From contig JAEEML010000087.1 in NCBI GenBank assembly GCA_016283195.1, positions 1 through 38,020 of the forward strand: a DNA stretch of 38,020 bases, read 5' to 3'. The notes beneath the pieces were generated by a model. It had not been told where the DNA came from, did no database searches, and was given only the letters and a program-made list of their open reading frames with translations. The stretch comes from Deltaproteobacteria bacterium. GTDB lineage: Bacteria; JAEEML01. The position numbers and the translations under genes are program-made. Of this stretch, positions 38,019-38,020 are shown in pieces. The first letter of the stretch is position 1. The number at the start of each line of letters is the position of its first letter.

Positions 38019-38020
38019 AG

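Larger units (their letters stand above)
36800..38020. other. AT-rich segment, probably horizontally acquired; continues beyond the window
   Basis: Abrupt drop in GC (about 30% by eye), loss of the GCCGGC motif that is common elsewhere, and a strand switch immediately after the vWA stop codon. Confidence 0.7.

Overview
Bacterial chromosomal DNA of moderate GC (about 45-50% by eye) whose gene content looks myxobacterial/deltaproteobacterial: MglC, an MXAN_5187-family protein, a TIGR04552-family protein and a PEGA-domain Ser/Thr kinase. From left to right: (1) a + strand run of a PHP hydrolase (5'-partial), a DUF374 acyltransferase, a pteridine-reductase-like SDR and folB; (2) a long - strand run of TPR::mglC, efp, a PEGA kinase, a lipoprotein, a LOG-family protein and recCBD; (3) rlmN, followed by an unannotated 50-aa very basic ORF; (4) dapL and an ATP-grasp enzyme on the - strand; (5) a + strand run of a Cys-rich LYGP-repeat lipoprotein, a secreted protein, the MXAN_5187-family protein (containing a 3 x 90 bp repeat), a TPR protein, lon, the TIGR04552 protein, three tandem paralogous 500-600 aa proteins, a CinA-like protein and two vWA (BatA/BatB-like) proteins; (6) an abrupt switch at about 36.8 kb to AT-rich DNA carrying a probable polymorphic toxin C-terminus plus immunity gene. 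The best candidate for an undescribed system is the paralog triplet at 29179-34050. Its members have signal-peptide-less Ser-rich N-termini, conserved helical blocks around a variable insert, and a shared C-terminal helix resembling type III needle/tip/filament (EspA/Bsp22/SctF-like) subunits. I saw no tRNA, rRNA, CRISPR array or transposase. All family assignments come from motif recognition by eye; no database search was run.
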